A DNA stretch of 64,000 nt from NCBI RefSeq assembly GCF_004010195.1, contig NC_057718.1:102222079-102286078 (forward strand), written 5' to 3'. Below the pieces are notes generated by a model. It saw only the letters and a program-made list of their open reading frames with translations, was not told the origin of the DNA and made no database searches. Positions within the stretch are counted from its first letter, which is position 1. Every line of letters begins with the position of its first letter. This DNA is from Chiloscyllium plagiosum (lineage: Eukaryota). The position numbers and the translations under genes were made by a program. Positions 26,025-37,921 of this stretch are shown piece by piece.

Positions 26025-26700
26025 GTGGATGTGGTGCTAATCAAGCGGTTACTTTGTCCTGGATGGTGTCAAGCTTCTTGAATGTTGCTGGAGCTGCACC
26101 CATCCAGGCAAGTGAGGAGTATTCTATCACACTGCTGACTTGTGCCTTGTAGATTGTGGATAGACTTACAGCAGGTGAGTTACTTGCCACTGTATCCCTA
26201 GTCACTGACCTGCTTTTGTAGCTATTGTGTTTATGTGGTGAGTCCAGTTGAGTTTCTGGTCAATGGTAACCCCAAGAATGTTGACAGTGGTGGCAATACC
26301 GTTGAATGTCAAGAGGCAGTGTTTAGATTGTCTCTTATTGGTGATGGTCATTGTCTGGCATTTGTGCGGCACGAATGTTACTTGGCACTTGTCAGCCCAA
26401 GCCTGGACTTTGTCCCGATCTTGTTGCATTTGAGCATGGACTGCTTCAGTATCTGAGGAGTTGCGAATGTTGCTGAACTCTGTGCAGTCATCGTTGAACA
26501 TTCCCACTTCTGACCTTATGACAGTGGGAAGGTCATTGATGAAGCAGCTGGCAATTGTTGAGCCTAGGAATCTACCCTGAGGGACTCCTGCAGAGATGTC
26601 CTGGAGCTGACATGACTGACCCTCACAACCACAACCACAACCATCTTCCTTTCTGCCAGGTATGACTCTAACCAGTGGAATGTTTGCCCCCTGATACCCT
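26025..26700 (-). mobile_element. CR1/L2-clade LINE RT fragment (second family)
   Basis: ISAGVPQG..LG...CFINDLP..SEVGMF.DDCT, HKCQTMTITNKR, LGVTIDQKLNWTHHIN; related pieces at 27970-28100 and 49750-50330. Confidence 0.85.
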
Positions 26701-26944
26701 GACTCTATGACTGTTGCAATTACAGAACCCCAACTAGACCAGTGAATTAATTGATTTCGACCTTGCTCTCCAGGAGAGAACTGGCTGATCACTACCCAAG
26801 ACAGGAAGAAATGTAAGACGAAATTTCAGTTAAATGATAATTGGTGACTAGAAAGATTTGATTTGGATAAAAAGAACTGAACCTTTCATTTCACTCCCCT
26901 ACTCACCAAACTAGCTCTATACTTGAAAAGGTGTGCTCCATATA

Positions 26945-27188
26945 CAGGAATGGACATTGTGGATTGGCAGAAGTTGTAAAGTGATGGATGTTGTACGGGA
27001 CTGAATGTTGCACTGTGATAGATGTTGCATGTTGATGAATTTTGTATAGTGATCAGGAGTGGATGCGGATGGATGTTGCATGCTGTTGGATGTTGTACAA
27101 GGGTCAGAGTGTATAGTGGTCGGAATGTACATTGGTTGGAGTGTACAGGGGTGGATGTTGTACAGTGCTGTGTATTGTGCAGTGCTGG
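26945..27188. repeat. Degenerate about 17-bp minisatellite, block 2, next to the exon 2 acceptor
   Basis: Units such as gatggatgttgcatgct / gttggatgttgtacaag / ggtggatgttgtacagt. Confidence 0.7.
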
Positions 27189-27217
27189 GTTCTCATTATT
27201 ATTTCCTTTTGCCACAG

Positions 27218-27911
27218 ATATCTAGCCATTGTCCATCCCCTGAAGCCCAGGATGAAGTACCAGACTGCCTATGTGCTGATCGGCCTGGTGTGGGGTGCCT
27301 CTCTGCTCATGGCCATCCCCTCTGCTTACTTCACCACTGAGGTCACCATCCCACACTCCAACTCGCAGAACAAGATCTTCTGTGGGCAGATCTGGCCAAG
27401 AGAGCAGCAGGTCTCTTACAAATCCTACTCCCTCTTCATCTTCGTCCTACAGTTCCTGGGTCCCTCGCTGAGCATGGGTCTCTGCTACGCCCACATCTCC
27501 CGAGAGCTCTGGTTTAAGAGTGTGCCTGGTTTCCAAACCGAGCAGATACGGAGGAGGCTGAAGTGTAGGAGGAAGACTGTGTTGGTGCTCATGGGCATAC
27601 TGACTATTTACATCCTCTGCTGGGCTCCCTATTATACCTTCACCATAATTCGCGATTTCCACCCCACACTGGTTTTGAAGCTGAAACACTACATTACGGT
27701 CTTCTACGTTGTCGAATGCATTGCCATGAGCAACAGTATGATCAACACCATATGTTTTGTCACCGTCAAGAGCAGCACCATGAAATACGTCAAGAAAATG
27801 ATTCTCATAAGGTTTAGATCCACTTCTGGTGGCAGTAGCAGATCAGGCCAAGATCTGAGAACGACTGGGATGCCGGGGTCAGATGAAATCGAGCAAATGC
27901 AACTCCAGTAG
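27218..27911 (+). CDS. prokr: Prokineticin receptor-like GPCR, coding exon 2 (TM4-TM7, C-tail)
   Basis: Acceptor atttccttttgccacag|A completes R of DRY (CG+A); [75 protein letters not shown]; stop TAG at 27909-27911; spliced CDS is 1119 nt = 372 aa. Confidence 0.96.
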
Positions 27912-28202
27912 CACCTTGCGATGATGTCGAGTATCTGTAAGGCTTCCCCATCCCATTGACAGAGAGTTCAGAGGGACTGGCGGTCAAATGCTGCCTTGAT
28001 GTCAAGGCCAATCGCATTCACCTCAGCTTTGGGCTTCAGTTCTCTCGTCCATGTTTGGACCAAGGCTGGAATGAGGTCTCTGTGTAGCTGCCCTGTGAGT
28101 GCTTGACTAAATAATGTGGAGGGATTTACACTCCCTGTGGAAATGGTATTGAACCTGTCCTGCCACAATCCTTTATGCATTCTAGTGAAAGGGAAGAAGA
28201 AT

Positions 28203-28480
28203 CATAGATTCCCTACAGTGTGGAAACAGGCCATTCAGCCCAATAAATCCATACTGACCCCCAAAAGCATCCCATCCAGACCCAGCCCCCAACCCTATCC
28301 CTAGATTCCCGATGGCTAACCCACCTAGCCTGCATATCCCTGGATACTATAGGCATTTTAGCGTGACCAACCCACCTAACCTGCACATCTTTGGACTGTG
28401 GGAAGGAAACCCACGCAGACATGGGGAGAATGTGCAAGCTCCACACAGACATCACCCGAGGCTGGAATTGAACCTGGGTC
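28203..28480 (-). mobile_element. HE1-type V-SINE in the putative 3' UTR
   Basis: Reverse complement of HE1 core and tail. Confidence 0.8.
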
Positions 28481-28794
28481 ATTCAATACTCTTTGTATGT
28501 ACTTGAACAGGAAGTAGCACCAGTTACATGGAAGCAAATGCTGTCTGTAATGTGTTGTGTTGTGTCATTAATCCCTCTATTTCCCATGCATTGCTGTCTC
28601 CAGGTTAAACTGCAATTGTTGTTTATTTGTGTCTTGATGTATTATAAATTCAGAAAAGTGGCTACGTAAACTTACCCCGTGCTTAAGCTTAACAAAGAAT
28701 GAGGTTCCACAATTGCTTTTGTTATCACCTTTGTTTCCAGTAACAGCAAATATTGTACAGGATTGAAGACTAATGTGGTTGAAGCAAAAACATG

Positions 28795-28800
28795 AATAAA
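28795..28800 (+). promoter_or_regulatory. Candidate polyadenylation signal for the GPCR
   Basis: First AATAAA outside a TE downstream of the stop, in AT-rich unique sequence; alternatives exist (about 28242 inside the SINE, 29568). Confidence 0.4.
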
Positions 28801-29228
28801 AGAATTATAATGAAACTGATCCATTTAGTGCATTTACTTAGATTGATTTCTTTCAAAAAAAAGACATGGTTCAGGGAACACATCATGTAACTGTTAGCAG
28901 CAAATGATTATTTAATATTTGAGATAAACTGGTTTGGAAATTAAATGAATGAAAATGGCCAGAGAGAATGCAAGGAGGGAAAGATTTTCCTTGAGGGATG
29001 TTAAAGGATGAACAATGTCCGTAACAAATGCTGAGGATATTTTGTAAGTCTGACAGCTTCTGTAACTAGAGAAGCAGTTGTGGGTGGGTGATCTTCAGAA
29101 GAGAAAAGTTTGAAAACACCAGGTTTTAAGCCAGGGTAAAGTTGTAAAAAGGGACAAAAGGAAAGTCTGTGTTAGTGATTTAAAAAACAATGTTATTCAA
29201 TAGGCTATGGGGATTATCATTATTGCAA

Positions 29229-29545
29229 GGGACAGCACGGTGGCTCAGGGGTTAGCACCGCTGTCTCACAGTGCTGGGGACCCGGGTTCGATTCTAGTCT
29301 TGGGCAACTGTCTGTGTGGAGTTTGCACATTCTCTTGCCCCTGTCAGTGCGGGTTTGTTCCAGTTTCCTCCCACAATCCAAAGATGTGTAGGTTATCGTG
29401 AATTGGCCAGGGAAATTACCCATAGTGTGCAGGCTAGGTGGATTAGCCATGGGAAATGCAGGGATGGAGTGGGATGCTCTTTGGAGGGTTAATGTGGGTT
29501 TGATGGGCCAAATGGTCTGTCCCCACACTGTGGGGATTCTATGAA
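29229..29545 (+). mobile_element. HE1-type V-SINE, diverged
   Basis: Head, core and tail recognisable. Confidence 0.8.
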
Positions 29546-29688
29546 GTTACAACTTGATGTATTGATGAATAAAGGAAACTAACACAAGGACATAGTAATA
29601 GGGAGGGATAGTGAAACTGAGATCATAACCTTAATGAATAGAGGAAGAAAGTATAGGAGCCTTACATTCTAATCCTGCTCCTCTTTCA

Positions 29689-30717
29689 TGTGACATTTAT
29701 GATACTTTTCTTTGGTTTTATCTGGAAACATGATACTGACTCAACTCTATGTGAAGTAAATATATTTGTATGTTTGAATGTTGTTTAGTGCTAGTTTGGA
29801 TTTTTAGTTTGTGAGTTAGTAACGTGGAATTTCTGGCTATCCAAAGTTAATAGTAAACTTGTCAGTATTTCTCAAACCATGTTGATTTAAACCAGGGGGT
29901 TTTGACCTTTAGCTTTAGAATTACTGGGTCTCAGTGGACATTAGGAGAGTTTTATGACCCCCCGCCCCAACAAGACAGACAAGTTCCTACTTAGAAGGTC
30001 AGGAAATGTTTCTTAAAGCCTAAGGGAAACACTCATAGCTCGGAAAGATATAATTATTTAAAGTTCTGTATAATGTTTACAACAGTCCTGTGAAGCCCTG
30101 GGAATTGACTAAATGTATAGAGTTGTATTCCTGAGAAGTAAAGGATATACAGTGAACTCAGTTACCCAAGATTAAACAGGCAACTTTAATCCAAGACTAG
30201 AGATGTTGGAGTAAAACCCTGAAGAGGTTACTTGAAGCTGAGTATATTTAAGTAGGTGTAGATCCTTCCTGGAACTATCTGCAGTTCCAATCAGAAGGTT
30301 GGAGTAATGAGTGACTTAAACCTACTGAAGTGTAGATACAGGAGGGACTCTGGTGTGAGATTTGTACAAGTGGTATTTTGACTGCTATACCAAGAAAGTG
30401 TTTTGGCTACTATACAAAAGCTATTTTGCTTCTTTTCAATTAATAACGGAATGTTTTAGAATTAATGGGGGCATACTTTTACTGGGTGATTAAAAATCTT
30501 TGAATTTGTATTATATGTAGATGGTTTGGTTTATTTTATTTTTTTTGTAATAAATTTCTGTTTAATTGTTAAAGCAAAGCCTGCAGCATTGTGTGCTCAT
30601 GTCGCAACAAGGGACCACTTTTTTAAAATCCCAAACAAGTCAAAACACGATCTATCAAGCCAAGTTCCTATGTGGGATCAGATTTGTCCAGTAATAACCT
30701 CAGTTGGGATCACAACA
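29689..30717 (+). mobile_element. Probable solo LTR (about 1.03 kb)
   Basis: TGTGAC...AACA termini like the element at 43095; internal AATAAA near 30549; flanks TTCA/TTTG fit a decayed 4-bp TSD. Confidence 0.5.
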
Positions 30718-30880
30718 TTTGGATTAAACAAAACGAAAGGTATCATGTGGAATGGTGTCATTTTTTTGCATTTATGTATCATTCTAATCACCGCATGTCC
30801 GCATATTGGGTTGTAATCCTTAAATAAATTTGCCCAAGTTTAAGAGGATTCGCTTGTTAAAACAAGATGCTAAAAATGAC

Positions 30881-30975
30881 AGTTCTGAGGAAGGGTCACT
30901 CGACATGAAACGTGAACTCTGATTTCTCTCCACAGATGCTGCCAGACCTGCTGAGCTTTTCCAGCAATTTCTGCT
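30881..30975 (+). mobile_element. Hammerhead-headed mini-element (family 3)
   Basis: agtt-CTGAGGA-A-GGGTC-actc-GACAT-GAAA-CGTG-aact then ctctccacagatgctgccagacctgctgagc. Confidence 0.75.
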
Positions 30976-31898
30976 TACAAATCCCAGAATGGTTTGGGTG
31001 CAAAAGGAGGCCATTCAGTTCATCATGTCATTTTTTATTCTCTTGTGGAACATGGATGCCAATGTCTGGGCCCAGCATTTATTGCTTGTCTCTAGTTGCC
31101 CCTTGAGAAGGTGATGGTGAGCTGCCTTCTTGAATTGCTGCAGTCCACCTGCTCTGGGTTGACCCACAATGCCCTTAGCGAGGGAATTCCAGGATTTTGA
31201 CCCAGTGACACTGACAGATGGTGATATATTTCCAAGTCAGGATGGTGAGTGACTTGAAGGGGCATTTGCAGAAGGTATATGCTGCCCTTTAGATGGATGT
31301 GGTCATGGGTTTGGAAGGTGCTGTCTGAAGATCTTTGACCGCATTGACCCTCTGAGTGTTTTAACTTTGTGCCGATATGCTATCTTTTTCCTGTAACCCT
31401 ACACATTGTTGCCATGAATACAGACAGTCCCCATGACTTTTGATGGAAAAATAACTTAGAACTAATCGTTTGGAGATAAAATTTTCCATTGAGTACAATC
31501 ATATCAAGAAAAAGGAGTGGTTTATAATTCCCTGAAGACCACCCAAGCCGAAATATTGTATAAACTTATGTCTGGTAAATGTTTCAGCCTTGGGTTTCTG
31601 CTTCTCTATCATGTAGAATCCAGCCAAGGAACTCTATTGCTTTGAAAGCATGTACAACTAACCTCGCTGTAATTGTCTCCCCCCCACTGTTAACATTAGA
31701 ATGAGTTTTATCAAAATTAACTGAGTTTAAATGTTGCAATAAATCGAAACTCTGCACTGTTTATTCCAACAAGCAAACTAAAATAGTTGTAAAACAGAAT
31801 GACCTTTCATCCCCATTGTCATCTCTCCATATGATTCTGACTTGAAGAAATCAGTTTCCATATGTTTCACTGGCTGTCACTGGAATACTGAATCATTC

Positions 31899-31993
31899 CA
31901 GATTAGCGTGGTGCTGGAAAAGCACAGCAGGTCAGGCAGCATCCAAGGAGCAGGAAACTCGACGTTTTGGGCAAAAACCCTTCATCAGGAATC
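31899..31993 (-). mobile_element. 95-bp hammerhead-headed mini-element (family 2) with 12-bp TSD
   Basis: ACTGAATCATTC at 31887-31898 and 31994-32005; minus strand starts gattcCTGATGA-A-GGG..CCC-AAAA-CGTC. Confidence 0.85.
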
Positions 31994-32551
31994 ACTGAAT
32001 CATTCGCTGAGTTCGAACAAAAAACAAATATTCAGTTCCATCCCACTGGAGTAGCACACTGGAAAACACACCTTGCTATTATCAGCATCATCACAAAGCT
32101 AAAGGTTTTATAAAAGCACTTAAAATTCTCCAATTTCGCCTTTTTCTGGACCCAGGTTGATAGAAAGCATGGGCCAGATTTCTGTACTTCACAAGAATGA
32201 CTAGTTATTACAAATAAATAATTTCTAGCTACAGGTAAACATATACGAACAGTTAGCATATAAAACACTAAAACACTAAACCCCTCCCTTTTTCTAAAAT
32301 TTCCCTTACACATAACAAGCAGTCAGACACCAAAAGAAACATTGGTGTTATGGGGGAGGGGAAAACTGGAAAGACAGTCCAGAGGTCACTGTCCATAGGG
32401 TTTGCTGAAATGATCCTTATGGCTTATCAGGACTTGCTGTTGGCAATCTCTTGTTATCTCTCTCCCTTTGCCCAGCAGGAGGTGAAGAGGAATTGGTTCG
32501 CAACTTATAACATCTAAGTACAAAAGAAAAGAACAAAAAAGTAGTACAGCA

Positions 32552-32872
32552 TGGTGGGCGGCATGGTGGCACAGTGGTTAGCACTGCTGCCTCACAGCGC
32601 CTGAGACCAGGGTTCAATTCCTGCCTCAGGCGACTGACTGTGTGGAGTTTGCATGTTCTCCACGTATCTGCGTGGGTTTCCTCCGGGTGCTCTGGTTTCC
32701 TCCCACAGTCCAAAGATGTGCAGGTCAGGTGAATTGGCCATGCTAAATTGCCCGTAGTGTTAGGTAAGGGGTAAATATAGGGGCATGGGTGGGTTGCGCT
32801 TCAGCGGGTCAGTGTGGACTTGTTGGGCCGAAGGGCCTGTTTCCACGCTGTAATGTAATCTAATCTAATCTA
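32552..32872 (+). mobile_element. HE1-type V-SINE, full length, inserted in a CR1 tail
   Basis: Complete head, core and (ctaat)n tail; AGCA on both sides; host CR1 tail continues across it. Confidence 0.92.
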
Positions 32873-33150
32873 AGCACAGGAACAGGCCCTTTGGCCCTAC
32901 GAGCCTGTGCCAACCATCATGCCCCAACTAAACTGAAAAACAAACCTTCTGCTCTTAGTCAGTCCATATCCCTCTATTCCCTCGCTATCCATGTAACTAT
33001 CCAGATGCCTCTTAAATGTTGTCAATGTGCCTGCTTCCACCACCTCTTCAGGCAGTGTGTTCCAGGCTCCTACCACTCTGCATGAAAAGCTCCCTCACTC
33101 AGATCCCTTTAACCCTGGGAAAATACCTCTGACTATCCACCCTCTCTATG

Positions 33151-33630
33151 GGTGAATTTGTACTCGCAGAATTACATTTTATTTTGCTCAAAAACTGCAA
33201 GAATTCATGTAAGATTCTGTAAATCCCTTTTTTAGATTAGAATCAGCCTGAACATTGGGGCACAGACAGCCTCACACAGGGCATCTCACACCTTCAATGC
33301 ATTATCGGAGCTGATATGGCACCTATTGTTACAGTTCACTTGAGAATGTAACTTTAAAAAAGTTCTGAGATTTACATATGATAGAACTGAAGCCAACATG
33401 GTCATTCTAAAACATGAGAGACTTAACAAACAATCCAGGTCTTTTTCAATATATAATTTCAGTTACATCAGACTGCAAACTTTTGCTATAAATCTGTGTC
33501 TTATAATGTTGAGGAAGGACCAGCGCTCCAAAAGCTAGTGCATCCAAATAAACCTGTTGAACTATAACCTGGTGTTGTGCGATTTTTAGCTTTGTCCATC
33601 CCAGTCCAACACTGGCACCTCCAAATCATG
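33151..33630 (+). repeat. Left pseudo-LTR of the PLE
   Basis: Collinear with 37425-37921; ends at the ATG (33628) that appears to open the PLE ORF. Confidence 0.9.
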
Positions 33631-34241
33631 ACCACCATCGACACCACTAGTTAGTGGCGCCTGCTCACAGTGGAGAGGGTCTGCAAGAAGATCACAGATT
33701 TTGACACAGAAATGCAAGAAAGATCCCAAAAGGATTACGGATCACGAACCCACTCAAGTTGACCCATAACACAGATTACGTGGAGAGACGTTGCCATGGC
33801 AAACTCCTCAATCATTTCATGCACCAACTCTAGAGCAGGTGCCACAACCTAGAAATTAAGATGGAGTCCACACTCCCAGGCTGCATTCAGGATATGGCAG
33901 TACAGTTACGGGACATTGCCAAACAGGCAAGGTGACAAAACTACACTACGTACATGCATACCAAGGACAAGAAACTGGAGCAAATTGGCATCACCACCAG
34001 CAGTAGTCAAGCCTGCCCTGGTACCACAATGGAAAACTATATCACCGCGGGAAGTCGATTGCAAACTTATCGGACCACACCCTTCAACCAGAAGAGATTG
34101 AAGTTCTTAGCAGGGGTCTCAATTTCTGCCCCACGACCAAAATGGACATGGGTCTTGCAGCAGACACGGAGGAATTCATCAGACGAATGAGACTCTGGGA
34201 ATTCTTTCAAGAATGCGAGCAGTGATCCCAATGAGCTCACC

Positions 34242-34470
<229 letters not shown>

Positions 34471-34666
34471 TGCCAATTTCATCAGCTGCACCCACAAGGT
34501 AGAGCAAAACATCACCAGATCATAACACAACACCATCCATGCTCTCAAAACCAATCACAACATTGTCATCGAACCAGCAGATAAAGGAGGAGCCATCGTC
34601 ATTCAGAATAGAATAGATTATTGCAAGGAAATGTACGGACAACTGAACAACCAGGAACACTACAGG

Positions 34667-35350
34667 AGTGCAGGTTCATAGCTCCTTGAAAGTGGAGTCG
34701 CAGGTAGATAGGATAGTGAAGAAGGCGTTTGGTATTTTTTTTTTATTGGTCAGAGTATTGAGTACAGGAGTTGGGAGGTCATGTTGTGGCTGTACAGGAC
34801 GTTGGTTAGGCCTCTGTTGGAATACTGTGTGCAATTCAGGTCTCTTTCCTATCAGAAAGATGTTGTGAAACTTGAAAGGGTTCAGAAAAGATTTACAAGG
34901 ATGTTGCCAGGGTTGGAGGATTTGAGCTATAGGGAGAAGCTGAACAGGCTGAGGTTGTTTTCCCTGGAGCATCGGAGGCTGAGGGGTGACCTTATAGAGG
35001 TTTACAAAATTATGAGGGGCATGGATAGGATAAATAGACAAAGTCTTTTCCCTGCTTTCGGGGAGTCCAGAACTAGAGGGCATAGGTTTAGGGTGAGAGG
35101 GGAAAGATATAAAAGGGACCTAGTGGGCAACTTTTTCACGCAGAGGGTGGTACGTGTATGGAATGTGTTGCCGGAGGAAGTGGTGGAGGCTGGTACAACT
35201 GCAACATTTAAGAGGCATCTGGATGGGTATATGAATAGGAAAGGTTTGGAGAGATATGGGCCAGGTGCTGGCAGGTGGGACTAGATTGGACCGGCATGGA
35301 CGAGTTGGACCAAAGGGTCTGTTTCTGTGCTGTCCATCTCTATGACTATA
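34667..35350 (+). mobile_element. CR1 (HER1-like) LINE 3' fragment nested in the PLE RT region
   Basis: LYRTLVRPLLEYCVQF..LERVQKRFTRMLPG..RGDLIEVYKIMRG..FFTQRVV..WN.LP; ends in ctatgactata. Confidence 0.95.
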
Positions 35351-36217
35351 ACTACCTACCCATCTGACCAAAGAGCACACCCGTGAACTAAACACATTGA
35401 TCAGGACTTAGGATCTAGTCCTTCAGAGTTCCCTATGCGCTCTCATCCCATGTACTTCTTACGTAGGTGACTTCTACTGCCTTCTGAAGATACACAAAGC
35501 TAATGCACCAGGATATCCCATCGTATCAGGCATTGGGACACTGAGAGAACCTCTCTGGCTATGTTAAAGATATCTTGAAACCCATTGGACAGGAGACCCC
35601 CAGCTTCTGTCACAACACTACGGATTTCTTACAGAAACTCAGCACCCACGGACCAGTCAAACCGGGAACCTTCCTTATCACAATGGATGTTTCAGCACTC
35701 TACACCAGCATCCCCCACAATGACGGCATCACGGCAACAGCCTCAGTACTCAACACCAATCTCCAGACACCATCCTACAACTCATCCGCTTTATCCTTGA
35801 TCACAACGTCTTCAGCTTTGACAACCAGTTCTTCATCCTGACACATGGAACAACCATGGGGACCAAATTTACACCCCAATATGCCAACATTTTCATGTAC
35901 AAGTTCAAACAAGACTTCTGTACGCAGGAACTCCAACCAACACTATACACCAGGTATATTGACATTTTCTTCGTCTGGACCCATGACGAGGAGTCACTGA
36001 AACAGCTGCACAGTGATATTAACGAGTTTCTTCCCACCATTAAACTCACCATGGACTATTATCTATTATCTGTCTCATTCTTGGACGCATGCATCTCCAT
36101 CAAGGATGGACACCGCAGTACTTCACTCGACTGCAAACCCACGGATAGCCTCACGATGCTACACTTCTCCAGTTTCCACCTGAAACATATTAAAATAGCC
36201 ATCTCCTATGGACAGGC

Positions 36218-36635
36218 AAAAGTGAGGACTGCAGATGCTGGAAACCAGCTTTTGCCTGAAACGTCGATTTTCTTGCTTCTTGGATGCTGCCTGACGTGGT
36301 GTGCTTTTCCAACTCCACTCTGATCTAATCTCCTTATCACAATGGACGTTTCAGCACTCTACACCAGCATCCCCCACAATGACGGCATCGCGGCAACAGC
36401 CTCAGTACTCAACACCAACAACTGCCAATCTCCAGACACCATCCTACAACTCATCCGCTTTATCCTTGATCACAACGTCTTCACCTTTGACAACCAGTTC
36501 TTCATCCTGAAGAAGGGCTTATGCCCGAAACATCGATTCTTGTGTTCCCTGGATGCTGCCTGACCTGCTGCGCTTTTCCAGCAACACATTTTCAGCTCTG
36601 ATCTCCAGCATCTGCAGACCTCACTTTCTCCTCTA
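36218..36635. mobile_element. Composite insertion: mini-element + duplicated PLE RT segment + hammerhead-headed mini-element
   Basis: ATCTCCTATGGACA at 36201-36214 and 36636-36649; 36330-36510 copies 35671-35841. Confidence 0.8.
36504..36537 (+). ncRNA. Minimal hammerhead ribozyme motif (family 2), stem III mismatch
   Basis: atc-CTGAAGA-A-GGGC-ttat-GCCC-GAAA-CATC-gat. Confidence 0.65.
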
Positions 36636-37424
36636 ATCTCCTATGGACAAGCCCAACACATACAGAGACGAGGAGGAATGGGATGGGCACATGGAAGTAC
36701 TCAAGAATGCCCTCATAAGAGCAGGGTATAATGCTTAACTCATCGACCTCCAGTTCTGACGTGCCACAGTGAGAAATCGTAATGAGCTCCTCAGGAGACA
36801 GACACGAGCTGCAACTGACAGGGTACCCTTCATTGTTCAGTATTTCCCAGAAGCCGAAAAACCACGCCATGTTCTTTGCAGCCTGCAACACGTTATCAAT
36901 GAGGATGAGCACCTCGCCAAGACCTTCCCCATGTCTCCACTTCTCACCTTTAAACAATCACCAAACCTCAAACAGCTCATTGTTCGCAGCAAACTGCCCG
37001 GCTTTCAGGACAGCACCGTACAACCCTGTCACGGCAGACGCTCGAAGACATGTCAGAGTGTCGACATGGACACCTCCATTACAAGTGGGGACACCTCCCA
37101 CCATGTACGCGGCAGGTACTCATGTGACTCGGCCAACGTTGTCTATCTCTATCTACAGGTGACCCCACTGCACTACACATACATACACACACAAACTCCT
37201 ACAGGCACAAATACACTCCTACAGATCCATACACTCACGCAGACCCTCTCTCATACTCGAGATCTCTCTCTTACGGTCACACATACACTCCCACAATCAC
37301 ATGCACACACACACCCTCTCACAGATTTATAGCCCTTTACACTCACATGCATACAGATACACACATCCTCTCACAGACACTCATACCTCTTCACACACAC
37401 GTGCACACACATATAAGTTTGTGA

Positions 37425-37921
37425 GGTGAATTTGAACTTGCTGAATTATAGTTTATTTTGCTCCAAAACTGTATGAGTCTATGTAAGATTCTGCAAATCC
37501 CTTTTTTGGATTAGAATCAGTCTGAACATAGGGGCACAGATAGCCTCACACAGGGCACCTCACACCTTCAATGCATTATCGGAGCCGACATGGCACCAAT
37601 TGTAACAGTTCACTTGAGAATATAACTTTAAAAAAGTTCTGGGATTTACATATGATAGATCTGAAACCAACATTATCATTCTAAAGGATGAGAGATTTAG
37701 CAAATAATCCTGGTCTTTTTAATATATGATTTCAGTTACATCACACTGTAAATGTTTGCTATAAATTCCGTGTCTTACAATGCTATACTGCACAACCACC
37801 TGAAGAAGGAGCAGTGCTCTGAAAGCAAGTGCTTCCAGAAAAACCTGTTGGACTATAAGCTGATGTTATGTGACTTTTAACTTTGTACACCCCAGTCCAA
37901 CATCGGCATCTCCAAATTATG
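37425..37921 (+). repeat. Right pseudo-LTR of the PLE, carrying a hammerhead motif at 37797-37831
   Basis: cac-CTGAAGA-A-GGAGC-agt-GCTCT-GAAA-GCAA-gtg (U16.1 mutated); collinear with the left pLTR. Confidence 0.9.

Noticed and set aside
27132..27217. N-terminal extension of ORF 27132..27911 as a stand-alone gene
   Set aside because: Starts at a non-ATG codon within a minisatellite; PROKR similarity begins at the splice acceptor (27218)
27735..27760. Loss of NPxxY as a sign of pseudogenisation
   Set aside because: NT..F at this position is the normal prokineticin-receptor state; the frame and splice sites are intact
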